Part shown: positions 18,595-27,869 of the stretch, in pieces | Numbering within the stretch: position 1 is the first letter of the stretch | Layout: every line of letters starts with the position of its first letter | DNA from: an uncultured Actinomycetes bacterium | GTDB lineage: Bacteria; Actinomycetota; Actinomycetes; S36-B12; UBA10799 | Direction of reading: 5' to 3' | Length of the DNA stretch: 64,000 nucleotides | NCBI GenBank assembly: GCA_964547485.1 | Contig: CAZJNU010000004.1 | Coordinates: 1,188-65,187, forward strand | Made by a program: the position numbers and the translations under genes | The notes under the pieces: generated by a model | The model's input: the letters and a program-made list of their open reading frames with translations, nothing else | Told to the model about the DNA's origin: nothing | Databases searched by the model: none

Positions 18595-19562
18595 CCGGTC
18601 TCGCCGTCGAGCACTGCGTCGGGCGCACCACCACTGTCGCCGGCCACCACCGGCAGCCCGGTGGCACTGGCCTCCAGATACACGATTCCCAAGCCTTCGA
18701 CGTCCAGCCCTCGGTTGCGTGTCCGACACGGCATTGCGAACACGTCCCCAGCCCCATAGTGGGCGGGTAGCTCCGCCCATCTGACCGTGCCCGTCAACAC
18801 AACGTCACCTGCGAGGCCGCGATCAGTCACGGCCCGCTCGAGGGTGGCTCGGTAGGGGCCACCACCGACAATCAGCAGGGCGGCGTCGGGTACCCGGCGC
18901 TGGATCAGCGGCCACGCGTCGATCAGGGTGTCCTGCCCCTTGCGCGCCATCAGCCGAGACACGCAGACCACCACTGGACGGTCGAGCAGCCCGTATCGGG
19001 CCCGAATCTCACGGCCGGCGGCCTGATTGTCTGGCGAGAAGAGTTCGTCGTCCACCCCGGGCACAAGTCGCCGCATCCGAGCCGCCGCAGCTGGCGACAG
19101 CGCGGAGGCGATCCTGGAACGGGTGTACTCGCCGAGATAGGTGACCGTCTCGACCCGATCGCCGATCGCACGAACAACCTGCCTGGCAGCGGGAAGTCCC
19201 GCCCAGCCGGCTTCGTGGCCGTGGGTCAGCGCCACGATTCTCTCGACCCCGGCGGACCGCAGTCGGTTAGCCATCAGGGCGAGTGGCGCCGCGGCGCCGA
19301 ACAGCACCCGTTCGCATTCGTATTCCCGCACCAGCTGCTCGGCCCGGCGCCACACCATCGGTTCCGGCAGCATCAACGACGTTCGGTGTCGCACGATCGG
19401 GAACGGCTGATCGGCATCGAACTGCGCGGCTCCCTGCCAGGAAGGGGCGTAGACGACCACCGAATCGGGATCCATCCGCGACACAAGCCCGTGGACGAAG
19501 GCCTGGATGCCGCCAGCCCGCGGCGGGTAGTCATTCGTGACGACCAACGTGCGCTGGACCAC
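18372..19562 (-). CDS. GT4 glycosyltransferase (PimB-like phosphatidylinositol mannoside mannosyltransferase)
   Basis: 396 aa. N-terminal VVTNDYPPRAGGIQ and the E-x7-E region EGLGIVYLEASATGLPVVAGDSGGAPDAV. Confidence 0.85.
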   Translation of the reverse strand: MVQRTLVVTNDYPPRAGGIQAFVHGLVSRMDPDSVVVYAPSWQGAAQFDADQPFPIVRHRTSLMLPEPMVWRRAEQLVREYECERVLFGAAAPLALMANRLRSAGVERIVALTHGHEAGWAGLPAARQVVRAIGDRVETVTYLGEYTRSRIASALSPAAAARMRRLVPGVDDELFSPDNQAAGREIRARYGLLDRPVVVCVSRLMARKGQDTLIDAWPLIQRRVPDAALLIVGGGPYRATLERAVTDRGLAGDVVLTGTVRWAELPAHYGAGDVFAMPCRTRNRGLDVEGLGIVYLEASATGLPVVAGDSGGAPDAVLDGETGYVVPGGDPVAAADRIVELLSNPVAAREMGARGRSWIESSWRWDAISARLVDLLAGVDPDSASAPVADVPPPSA

Positions 19563-19571
19563 TCGGATGCC

Positions 19572-20663
19572 CTAGCCGACCGATGGTCGCGATGCCGCCA
19601 CGAGATTGGACTGCCAGTAGCCAGCCAGGTCGGACACGATCACTCCGGCACCCGGATTCGCAGCCTGCACCACCTTGCCGTTGCCGATGTACAGCCCCAC
19701 ATGCTGCTCGATCGAGTAGAAGTACAGCAGATCACCTGCCTGGATCGAGGCCAGCGGCACCGGCGTCGTCTCCGAGTACTGCGAGCCGGAATAGTGCGTC
19801 AGCGCGACGCCTGCCTGGGCCCAGGCAGCACGGGTGAGGCCGCTGCAATCGAAACTGTTCGGACCCGGTGCACCCCAGACGTAGGGCTTACCCACCTGCG
19901 CCAGCGCATAGGCAATCACACGTTGGACAGCCTCGCTGGCATTCGCCGGCGGGTTCAGCAGGGTCAGCAACTCGGACTGGTCGGCCGATCCATACGGGTC
20001 GAGCATCCCGTCGGCCACCGTGATACTGGCCGCGAGCTGCTGTCGCCGCAGAGTCTCCAGCCGCACCCTCTCCGCCTGCTTGAGTTGGCTGAGCAGAGCC
20101 CGGGCGTCGGCGACCTTCTCGCGGGCGGCCTCATTCTGAAGTCGCATCTCGTTGGCCGCCTTCTTCAACCGGATGGTCTCTCGACCAACGGCCGCCTGCG
20201 CTTTCTGCAACTTCACCGCCGACGCGCGCGCATTGTTCAGCACCCCGCTCTGGCTGGCGGTCGCCGTGCTGAGTTCATCCAACCGGGCCAGGAAGCCGGC
20301 AGGGTCGTCCAGGGTGAATGCCAACACAGCCCCATGGAAACCGCCGTTGACGTACAACTCTCGCGCCAACTGCTGCAAGCCTCGCTGCTGGCGGGCCAAC
20401 TCAATCCGGGCCCGAGTCGCCTGCCGACGGAAAAGTCCGAGCCGGTCCAGGGACCGGGAGAGTGCGACTCGCGCGCCGTTGGCCTGCTCGCCGGCCTTGG
20501 CTGACTCCATCTGCAGGGCAGCGATCTGAGCGGTCACCCGATCTACGTCGGCCTTGTCGGCCGCGACCGGAGAAGCCACGAGACCGCCTAGCAGACCACA
20601 GGTCAGCGCTGCCACCGCGACAACCCGGACTGTTGGGCGACGCCGAAGACTCTGTCCTCCCAT
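19572..20663 (-). CDS. secreted NlpC/P60 (C40) peptidoglycan endopeptidase with an N-terminal coiled coil (RipA/RipC-like)
   Basis: Signal peptide, long coiled-coil region and a C-terminal NlpC/P60 domain with the catalytic FDCSGLT motif and downstream His. Confidence 0.85.
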   Translation of the reverse strand: MGGQSLRRRPTVRVVAVAALTCGLLGGLVASPVAADKADVDRVTAQIAALQMESAKAGEQANGARVALSRSLDRLGLFRRQATRARIELARQQRGLQQLARELYVNGGFHGAVLAFTLDDPAGFLARLDELSTATASQSGVLNNARASAVKLQKAQAAVGRETIRLKKAANEMRLQNEAAREKVADARALLSQLKQAERVRLETLRRQQLAASITVADGMLDPYGSADQSELLTLLNPPANASEAVQRVIAYALAQVGKPYVWGAPGPNSFDCSGLTRAAWAQAGVALTHYSGSQYSETTPVPLASIQAGDLLYFYSIEQHVGLYIGNGKVVQAANPGAGVIVSDLAGYWQSNLVAASRPSVG

Positions 20664-20935
20664 AGGACCTCCCAGTTAGTTGGTCGCTTCCCTCGAACGG
20701 TCAGGACTCACACGCGCGCGCACCATCGCCACACGGTTCTGGCTGGCTCGCCGTAGCCCTGCTCGCCCACGAGGAATCCTCGACACAAGCGGGGCGTCAG
20801 CAAATTCCTCGCGAAACACCCTGCCAATGCTGATCGTTCTCTGTCCGAGATGGTATCCCACGAACGTGCCCAGGCGGCACCAGAAGAGCAGAGCCTGTGG
20901 ATGGCATGCCCAGCGCGTGGACGGCAACTGACCGG

Positions 20936-21280
20936 CTAGTGCGGTGGCCTGCCCGCTCCGCGCGACAGGCCGCCGGCGGAGGGCCCCGGCACCAACCTCA
21001 AGTGCGGCACCAAACCGGACTCCGCGAGCACCTCCAATGCCCGCTGCTCCTCGGGTTCCCACTCATGATCGGGTGGTCCCAGCAGAACCGAGACGACGCA
21101 GTCGCCACACGCCTGCGGACGCACCTGACAGGAATCACAGTCGATCAGCAGCGGCTGACCCTCCTGCCCGTCGGCCAGACCGTCGTCGGCCAGCGGCACC
21201 TCGTTGGCGGGCACCTGCCCAGGGCCAGGTCGGCTGTAGCCGCTGTATCGCGGATTTGGGTACGGGGCTGGGCCTGCCAT
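20936..21280 (-). CDS. hypothetical small Cys-containing protein
   Basis: ATG at 21280 is preceded by GGAGGAG. Contains CDSCQ..CGDC. The longer start at 21382 would overlap the upstream gene. Confidence 0.5.
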   Translation of the reverse strand: MAGPAPYPNPRYSGYSRPGPGQVPANEVPLADDGLADGQEGQPLLIDCDSCQVRPQACGDCVVSVLLGPPDHEWEPEEQRALEVLAESGLVPHLRLVPGPSAGGLSRGAGRPPH

Positions 21281-21356
21281 CAGATCTCCTCCTCGCGGAC
21301 GGGTCCGCTCTGTCGACGCCGACGAGTCGGTAGTTGCCGACCCGCTGCTGACGACG

Positions 21357-22553
21357 CTAGGAGGTACCTCCGACAATTCCACTCGACCGTAGCCCGGCGA
21401 CCTCGCCAGCTGAGACTCCCAGTTGACCCAACAGCCGTTCGGCGTCCGCGCCCAACCTCGACAGACCGGTCGGCGCTGTCACCTCCGGTAGCCACGGCAC
21501 GGCCCGGACGACGGGAACCTCGCGCCCGTCTGCCAGCCTCGCGCTGACCACCACTCCCCGATCCACCGCATTCGGCTCGGAGAATGCCTCAGCAAGGTTG
21601 TTCACCGGTGTCACACAGGTGTCGGCCGGTCCGAGTAGAGCTGCCCAGTCATCCCGGCTGCGAGTGGCGAAGACCGCCGCCAGTTCGTCTCGCAACTCCT
21701 GCTGCCGCGCCAGGTCGTACTGCCACGATGAAAGGTCCGGGCGTCCGAGGACGTCACACATGCGCCCGAAGAACTTCGATTCCAGCCCGCCGACGGCCAG
21801 CCAACCGTCGTCTGCGCATCGGTACACGCCGTAGCAGGCGAGCGCTCCGGTGAGCATGTCCGGAGTGGCAGGCAGCGTCCCGTTACCGGCCGCAAGGTGC
21901 CCAGCGGCGAGTCCGGTGAACGCCAGCGCACTGTCCGACATCGCGACATTGGCCCGATAGCCAGCCGAACCGCTGCCCACCGACCGCAGCCCCGCCAGCA
22001 CGGCCAAGGCCGCCTGCAAACCGGAGGCGAGGTCTGCGACCGTCACAGCAGGCATCACCGGAGCGCCAGCGGTATCGGTGGTGAGCGAAAGCAGCCCGGC
22101 CAGGGACTGGGCGTTCAGATCGTGCGCGGCGAGAGCCGAATCGGGGCCACCCTCCCCAAACGCAGTGATGCTGACGTGCACCAGCGTCGGATTCACCGCG
22201 GCCAACTCCGCGGCGCCGAGCCCCAACCGATCCAGCACACCCGGCCGGAAGGAGTCCACCAGGACCTCGGACTCAGCCACCAATCGGAGCAGTAACTGCT
22301 GGGCCTCCGACCGCTTGAGGTCCAGCGAAAGGGACCCCTTGCCGCGGTTCAGGACGAGGTCGGGCCCCGACTCGGAGGTGCTTGCCAGCGGCGGAGCATA
22401 CCTTGTCCCATCGCCCGCAGCGTCTTCAATCTTGATGACCTCAGCACCCAGCCCGGACAGCACCAGGGTCGCGTAGTTGCCGGGCAGCAGCCGGGTCAGA
22501 TCGAGTACCCGTACACCGGTCAATACCGGTGCTGCCGGCTGTAATCCAGTCAT
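21357..22553 (-). CDS. CaiB/BaiF family III CoA-transferase
   Basis: 398 aa. N-terminal VRVLDLTRLLPGNYATLVLSGLGAEVIKIE is the hallmark of family III CoA-transferases and racemases. Confidence 0.85.
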   Translation of the reverse strand: MTGLQPAAPVLTGVRVLDLTRLLPGNYATLVLSGLGAEVIKIEDAAGDGTRYAPPLASTSESGPDLVLNRGKGSLSLDLKRSEAQQLLLRLVAESEVLVDSFRPGVLDRLGLGAAELAAVNPTLVHVSITAFGEGGPDSALAAHDLNAQSLAGLLSLTTDTAGAPVMPAVTVADLASGLQAALAVLAGLRSVGSGSAGYRANVAMSDSALAFTGLAAGHLAAGNGTLPATPDMLTGALACYGVYRCADDGWLAVGGLESKFFGRMCDVLGRPDLSSWQYDLARQQELRDELAAVFATRSRDDWAALLGPADTCVTPVNNLAEAFSEPNAVDRGVVVSARLADGREVPVVRAVPWLPEVTAPTGLSRLGADAERLLGQLGVSAGEVAGLRSSGIVGGTS

Positions 22554-22810
22554 CGGCCGAGGATCTCCTCAGCTGGACCACCGACACCGGGCCGGGCAAC
22601 CAACTCGATCGAATCGGTTGCCCCGCACCAACGACAGCCGACTGCTTCCACCGTGTCCGCCAACACCTGCGACTGCTCGACCGTCCAGCGGCCAGCGAGG
22701 TCGAAGTGCCAGTACTGCTGGACCCGGGTGGACCGGGTGACGTCAAACCGAGTCAGGTTGCCGCAGCGGGTGCACCGCCACCTACTGGTGTCGTCGGGTA
22801 GTTCAGTCAC
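22550..22810 (-). CDS. hypothetical zinc-ribbon protein
   Basis: GTG at 22810 is preceded by GGAGG. CTRCG...CRWCG forms a CxxC...CxxC ribbon. The stop overlaps the CoA-transferase ATG (ATGA). Confidence 0.5.
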   Translation of the reverse strand: MTELPDDTSRWRCTRCGNLTRFDVTRSTRVQQYWHFDLAGRWTVEQSQVLADTVEAVGCRWCGATDSIELVARPGVGGPAEEILGR

Positions 22811-22925
22811 GGCTGGCCTCCATTCGTGCGCGACAGGCATCCCTTGCCGACGGACCTCCGATGTCCGTGCCCGCCCCACCCTCGAACCTTAGCCGGGCCT
22901 CCCGCGAGCCAACACGTAACTGTCG

Positions 22926-24653
22926 GTGGCGGCGTCTAGCGTCTCCGATATGGCAACCATCGCCGTGCAGACCACGCTGGACGACCTCGGTACCCCGCTG
23001 CGTGACGTCACCTTTTGCGTGGTCGATCTGGAGACCACCGGTGGCCGTGCCGACGACCTGGGCATCACCGAGATCGGCGCCGTCAGCGTGCGCGGCGGCG
23101 AAATCCTCGGTGAGTTCCAAACGCTGGTCAACCCGGGCGTGCCGATCCCTGCGTTCATCTCCATGCTGACCGGAATCACCGATGCCCGCGTGGCCGACGC
23201 GCCCCGACTGGCGACTGCTTTCCCTGCACTGTTGGAGTTCCTCGCTGGCTCGGTACTGGTCGCCCACAACGCGCCGTACGACCTCGGATATCTGCGGGCG
23301 GCGGCGGCCGGACTGCACTATCCATGGCCCAACCCGACCTCGGTCGATACCGCCGTGCTGGCCCGGCGGATCCTGCCGCGCGGAGAGGTACCCAACAACA
23401 AACTGGCGACCCTCGCACAGCATTTCCGGGCGAGTACTCGGCCCACCCACCGTGCATTGGACGATGCCAGGGCGACAGTCGATGTGCTGCACGCACTGCT
23501 GGAGCGGGTGGGACCGCTCGGTGTGCACTCGTTAGAGGAGTTGGTCAGCTACTCCAGCAAGGTGACTAGCCACCAGCGGCGGAAGCGACACTTGGCAGAC
23601 GGACTGCCGGCCTGCCCGGGCGTCTACGTGTTCGTCGACGATCGCGGAGAATCCCTCTACGTGGGCACCTCCCGCAACATTCGCAAACGCGTGCGCAACT
23701 ACTTCACAGCCAGTGAACGCCGGAGCCGGATGGCGGAGATGGTCGGACTGGCGACCGCGGTGACACCTATCCCGTGCGCCTCACAGCTCGAGGCCGCGGT
23801 CAGGGAGCTACGGCTGATCGCCGACCGTAAGCCGCGCTACAACCGGCGTTCCCGCCACCCTGAGCGCGCCTGGTGGTTGAAACTGACCGCCGAGCACGCC
23901 CCTCGACTGTCGCTGGTTCGGTCAATCCGAGACGATGCCGACTTGGGTGCGCGCTACATCGGGCCGATGTCCAGACGCGCTGCGGTGGAAGCCGCCGAGG
24001 TGGTCGCAATCGCGACGTCGCTGCGGACGTGCACCACCCGACTGACCGAGGCGAGCCGAGAAACCCCGTGCGCCCTGGCTGAACTGGGACGATGCGCCGC
24101 ACCGTGCAGCGGGCCGGAGGCGCATGCCGAGTATCAACCCAGCGTCGAAGCCGCGCGGGCCGCCCTGGCCGATTCGCCGTCGATCGTGACGTCAGCGGTG
24201 ATGACCAAGATCGGTGTTCTCAGCGCACGCGAGCAGTTCGAGGAGGCCGGCCAGTGGCGGGATCGGTGGCACAGTTTCCTGCGGGCAGCTGACCGTGCCC
24301 AGAATCATCGTGCCCTTGCGGCCACCGGTCAGCTGGTCGCGGCCGAACCCGACGATCGGGGCGGCTGGACTGTGCATGTCGTCCGGCATGGGCGACTCGC
24401 CGGTGTCGCCGCCTGCCCCCGAGGCGCAGACCCCCGAGCCACCGTCGCGGCAGCGGTCGCCACGGCTGAGCACGTCGAGCCACCCGCGACGTCGCTGGTG
24501 GCATGCCTACCTGCCGAAGCCGACCTCATCCTCCGCTGGCTACAGCGACCCGGGATTCGGCTGGTGTCCGCCGACCAAGGGTGGTGCCTGCCGATTGACG
24601 GCGCCGGCCGCGAACTGTGGCGGACTCAGCCCGCCCGGGATGCCGCGGTCTGA
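22926..24653 (+). CDS. DEDD (DnaQ-like) 3'-5' exonuclease fused to a GIY-YIG nuclease domain (Rv2191-like)
   Basis: Exo motifs VVDLETTG, AHNAPYDLGYL and HRALDDARA, followed by the GIY-YIG segment PGVYVFVDDRGESLYVGTSRNIRKRV. Confidence 0.85.
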   Translation: MAASSVSDMATIAVQTTLDDLGTPLRDVTFCVVDLETTGGRADDLGITEIGAVSVRGGEILGEFQTLVNPGVPIPAFISMLTGITDARVADAPRLATAFPALLEFLAGSVLVAHNAPYDLGYLRAAAAGLHYPWPNPTSVDTAVLARRILPRGEVPNNKLATLAQHFRASTRPTHRALDDARATVDVLHALLERVGPLGVHSLEELVSYSSKVTSHQRRKRHLADGLPACPGVYVFVDDRGESLYVGTSRNIRKRVRNYFTASERRSRMAEMVGLATAVTPIPCASQLEAAVRELRLIADRKPRYNRRSRHPERAWWLKLTAEHAPRLSLVRSIRDDADLGARYIGPMSRRAAVEAAEVVAIATSLRTCTTRLTEASRETPCALAELGRCAAPCSGPEAHAEYQPSVEAARAALADSPSIVTSAVMTKIGVLSAREQFEEAGQWRDRWHSFLRAADRAQNHRALAATGQLVAAEPDDRGGWTVHVVRHGRLAGVAACPRGADPRATVAAAVATAEHVEPPATSLVACLPAEADLILRWLQRPGIRLVSADQGWCLPIDGAGRELWRTQPARDAAV

Positions 24654-25723
24654 GACCGCTCCACCCAGGCAGCGAGTTTTCGGCTGGCCGCACCAGAGTC
24701 GATCGCCTCGGTGACGACTGGCAGCGCCGCTGCGATCCGCGCTTCGGCACCCAATCCAACATCTCCGAATCGCGCTGTGCCACCGGCGGCGTCCCAGACG
24801 ACCATTGCCGCCGCGGCGTTCAAGAGCACGGCTGCCCGGACGGCAGCCAGCGACCCCTCGCTGCCGCCGGCTAATACCCGCCGGGCGACCTCGGCGTTGT
24901 TCAGCGCATCGCCGCCGCGCAGGTCCGCCGGGTCATGGTTGGCCAGGCCGACAGCCGTGGGGGCCACCGTGAAACCGCGAACGCCGTCGGCGGGCGAGGT
25001 GACGTCCCACACCTCCGAAGTCGTGCCGACCGTCAACTCGTCCAGGCCGTCCTCACCACGCACCACCAGCGCCGACAGTCCGCGGCCGGCAAAGACCTCC
25101 GCCATCAACGGCGCCAGCCGTCGGTCGGCCACTCCCAACATCGACGCCGCCGGCCGAGCGGGATTCGACAGCGGCCCCAGGATGTTGAACACCGTCGGGA
25201 TACCCAACTCCTTCCGGGTCGGACCCGCGAACCGCATCGCCGGGTGGAATACCGGCGCGAAGCAGAATCCGATGCCGACGGCCTCGACGCACTCCCGCAC
25301 CCCGTCGGCAGCAAGATCGATCCGCACTCCGAACGCCTCCAGCACGTCCGCCGAACCACAGGCAGAGGACGCGGCCCGATTTCCGTGCTTGACCACCACC
25401 GCGCCAGCTGCCGCCGCGACAATCGCGGCGATCGTGGAGATGTTGACAGTGTTGGCCTGATCGCCGCCAGTACCCACCACGTCCAGCGCCGGTCCGTCGA
25501 TCGTCAGCGGCACGGCATGGTCGAGCATCGCCGCCACCAACCCGGAGACCTCTACCGAAGTCTCCCCCTTGGCCCGCAGGCCCACGACAAGAGCGGCGAT
25601 CTGGGCCGATGTTGCCCGGCCCTCAACAATCTCAGACATCGCCGCCCGGCAGGTCTCGGCGTCAAGGTCGTCGCCCGCCAGCAGTCGGGCCAGCAGGTCT
25701 GGCCAGTGGAAAGCCAGGCTCAC
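24626..25723 (-). CDS. trpD: anthranilate phosphoribosyltransferase
   Basis: 365 aa. VVGTGGDQANTVNIST and KHGNRAASS motifs. The GTG start overlaps the stop of the upstream receiver-like ORF. Confidence 0.9.
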   Translation of the reverse strand: MSLAFHWPDLLARLLAGDDLDAETCRAAMSEIVEGRATSAQIAALVVGLRAKGETSVEVSGLVAAMLDHAVPLTIDGPALDVVGTGGDQANTVNISTIAAIVAAAAGAVVVKHGNRAASSACGSADVLEAFGVRIDLAADGVRECVEAVGIGFCFAPVFHPAMRFAGPTRKELGIPTVFNILGPLSNPARPAASMLGVADRRLAPLMAEVFAGRGLSALVVRGEDGLDELTVGTTSEVWDVTSPADGVRGFTVAPTAVGLANHDPADLRGGDALNNAEVARRVLAGGSEGSLAAVRAAVLLNAAAAMVVWDAAGGTARFGDVGLGAEARIAAALPVVTEAIDSGAASRKLAAWVERSQTAASRAG

Positions 25724-26142
25724 GCGGAAACGGCCCGTGCGGCCTGGCCGGCGCGCAGAAGCTGCACAGCCGCGGACGCCAGTTCATACGGTGACACCGG
25801 CCGCGGCACGACCGCGTCGGCTCGTGACCAGGTGGCCAGCCACGCATCCTGCGGCCGCCCGGTGAGGATCAGGATCGGCGGGCAGCGAAAGATTTCGTCC
25901 TTGAGTTGCCGGGCGATACCCATCCCGCCCGGCTGAGCCTCCCCGTCGAGGATCGCCAACGCGACATCACCGGCATCCATAGCCCGCACGGTCGCCGCCT
26001 CGGTGGCGAAATCCGCAATGGCCAACTCCGGCAGGTCCGGCGCCGGCCGCCGACCCAGGGACGTGTGCACAAGGTCACGCACCTCGCGATCACTGCTGTA
26101 GACGACCACCCGCAGCGGAAGCTCGACCTGCTCGGAATCCAT
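25720..26142 (-). CDS. stand-alone receiver (CheY-like) domain protein, atypical
   Basis: ATG at 26142 is preceded by GAGGAG. Receiver-like pattern VVVYSSD ... LAILDGE ... ILILTG ... VPRP, with Arg where the conserved Lys is expected. Confidence 0.6.
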   Translation of the reverse strand: MDSEQVELPLRVVVYSSDREVRDLVHTSLGRRPAPDLPELAIADFATEAATVRAMDAGDVALAILDGEAQPGGMGIARQLKDEIFRCPPILILTGRPQDAWLATWSRADAVVPRPVSPYELASAAVQLLRAGQAARAVSA

Positions 26143-26357
26143 GACTCTCCTCAGCTTCCACGCCAACCCGGAATAGTTCGGCGCTGGTTCGGTTCGCGAC
26201 TACCTCGGATGCTACCGGCTGGGACGCGGTTGTTACCGCCAGATCGGCCCCGCCAACCTGCCCGACCCGTCGGTCTCGAAGGCATTCATGGCTGGCCGAG
26301 CGAAAAAGTTGCCCGAGTCGGGGGGTCGAACTGTGTTCGGCAGCATTACCTGCCAGA

Positions 26358-26975
26358 ATGCCCGCCGTGGCAACAACACAGGTAGTAGAGAACGCGCCGC
26401 ACCCGGAGGCGCCGGTAAACCGCCCCAACATGGTCGCCATCGGCACCATGGTGTGGCTGTCCAGCGAGCTGATGTTCTTCGCGGCGCTATTCGCGATGTA
26501 CTTCACCCTCCGGTCGGTCAACGCCGAGAACTGGGCCATCGAGACAGACAAACTCAACGTGCCGTTCGCGGCCGTGAACACCACGATTCTGGTGCTGAGT
26601 TCGGTGACCTGCCAGCTCGGGGTGTTCGCCGCCGAACGCGGGGACGTGAAGACCCTGCGCAAGTGGTTCATCATCACCTTCATCATGGGTGCGATCTTCG
26701 TCAGCGGCCAGCTCGTGGAGTACACCGAGCTGATCGAGAAGGGGCTGACCTGGACCACCTCCCCCTATGGTTCGGTCTTCTACCTGACCACCGGTTTCCA
26801 CGCCTTGCATGTGACCGGCGGGCTGATCGCCTTCCTCTTCGTGCTGGCGCGAACCTACGCGGCGAAGCGCTTCACCCATGAGCAGGCAACCTCGGCGGTG
26901 GTGGTCTCCTATTACTGGCACTTCGTCGATGTTGTCTGGATCGCACTTTTCACCACGATCTACCTGATCAAATAA
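26358..26975 (+). CDS. ctaE: cytochrome c oxidase subunit III
   Basis: 205 aa and polytopic. [17 protein letters not shown] and [11 protein letters not shown] motifs. Sits immediately upstream of qcrCAB. Confidence 0.9.
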   Translation: MPAVATTQVVENAPHPEAPVNRPNMVAIGTMVWLSSELMFFAALFAMYFTLRSVNAENWAIETDKLNVPFAAVNTTILVLSSVTCQLGVFAAERGDVKTLRKWFIITFIMGAIFVSGQLVEYTELIEKGLTWTTSPYGSVFYLTTGFHALHVTGGLIAFLFVLARTYAAKRFTHEQATSAVVVSYYWHFVDVVWIALFTTIYLIK

Positions 26976-27017
26976 GGCCAGCACCGCACCGGGCCAGTAA
27001 TGTATTTCTAGGCCACA

Positions 27018-27869
27018 GTGACCCACTCGAGTAGAACGGGGCATTACGTGAGTACCGCAACGCACGGACGACGCAGCCGCTGGGCTGCCTTTGTCGCCGT
27101 ACTCGTGGCGCTGGTTGCCGTCGGCGGCACCTACGCGCTGCTCAGCGCCTCGTCGAAGGCCTCAGCTGCCCCGACCGAATCGGCGACCTCAGCCCAGATC
27201 GAAGAGGGCAAGAACCTCTTCCTGGAAGGCTGCTCCAGCTGTCACGGACTGAAGGCCGAAGGGATCGACGGCGACACGATCGAAGCTGGCGGCAACGGTG
27301 GCCCAAGCCTGATCGGCGTCGGTGCGGCGGCAGTGCACTTCCAGGTGTCCACAGGTCGGATGCCTCTCGCTGGCCCAGAGGCACAGGCGCCCCAGAAGGC
27401 GCCCAGCTACAACGAGGAGGAGACCGCCGCACTTGCCGCCTACATAGCCTCGCTCGCCCCGGGACCGGAGATTCCGACCGCCGAGGACCTCAAGTACGAA
27501 GGTGCCTCGATCGCAGAGGGCGGCGAACTCTTCCGCACCAACTGCACCCAGTGCCACAACTTCGCGGGCCGCGGTGGCGCGCTCAGTGACGGCGCCTACG
27601 CGCCGAGTCTGATGGAAGCCTCTCCGCAGGTCATCTGGGAGGCGATGGCCACCGGCCCGCAGCAGATGCCGGTGTTCAGCGATCAAACCCTCACCCCTGA
27701 GAACAAGAAGTCGATCATCAAGTACGTCACGAGCCTGCAGACCGCCTCGAACCCGGGCGGCCTGGACCTCGGCAGCCTGGGCCCCGTCACCGAGGGCTTG
27801 TTCGTCTGGATCGCCGGGCTCGGTCTGATCATCGTGGTGGCCGTCTGGATCGGAGCAAAGGTTCGATGA
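27018..27869 (+). CDS. qcrC: dihaem cytochrome c subunit of the bc1 complex
   Basis: Two CxxCH haem-binding sites (CSSCH, CTQCH), an N-terminal signal/anchor and a C-terminal TM helix. Confidence 0.9.
   Translation: MTHSSRTGHYVSTATHGRRSRWAAFVAVLVALVAVGGTYALLSASSKASAAPTESATSAQIEEGKNLFLEGCSSCHGLKAEGIDGDTIEAGGNGGPSLIGVGAAAVHFQVSTGRMPLAGPEAQAPQKAPSYNEEETAALAAYIASLAPGPEIPTAEDLKYEGASIAEGGELFRTNCTQCHNFAGRGGALSDGAYAPSLMEASPQVIWEAMATGPQQMPVFSDQTLTPENKKSIIKYVTSLQTASNPGGLDLGSLGPVTEGLFVWIAGLGLIIVVAVWIGAKVR

Noticed and set aside
19215-20504. 429-aa ORF on the + strand
   Set aside because: It is antisense to the GT4 and NlpC/P60 genes, both of which carry clear catalytic motifs. The antisense product has no recognisable features.
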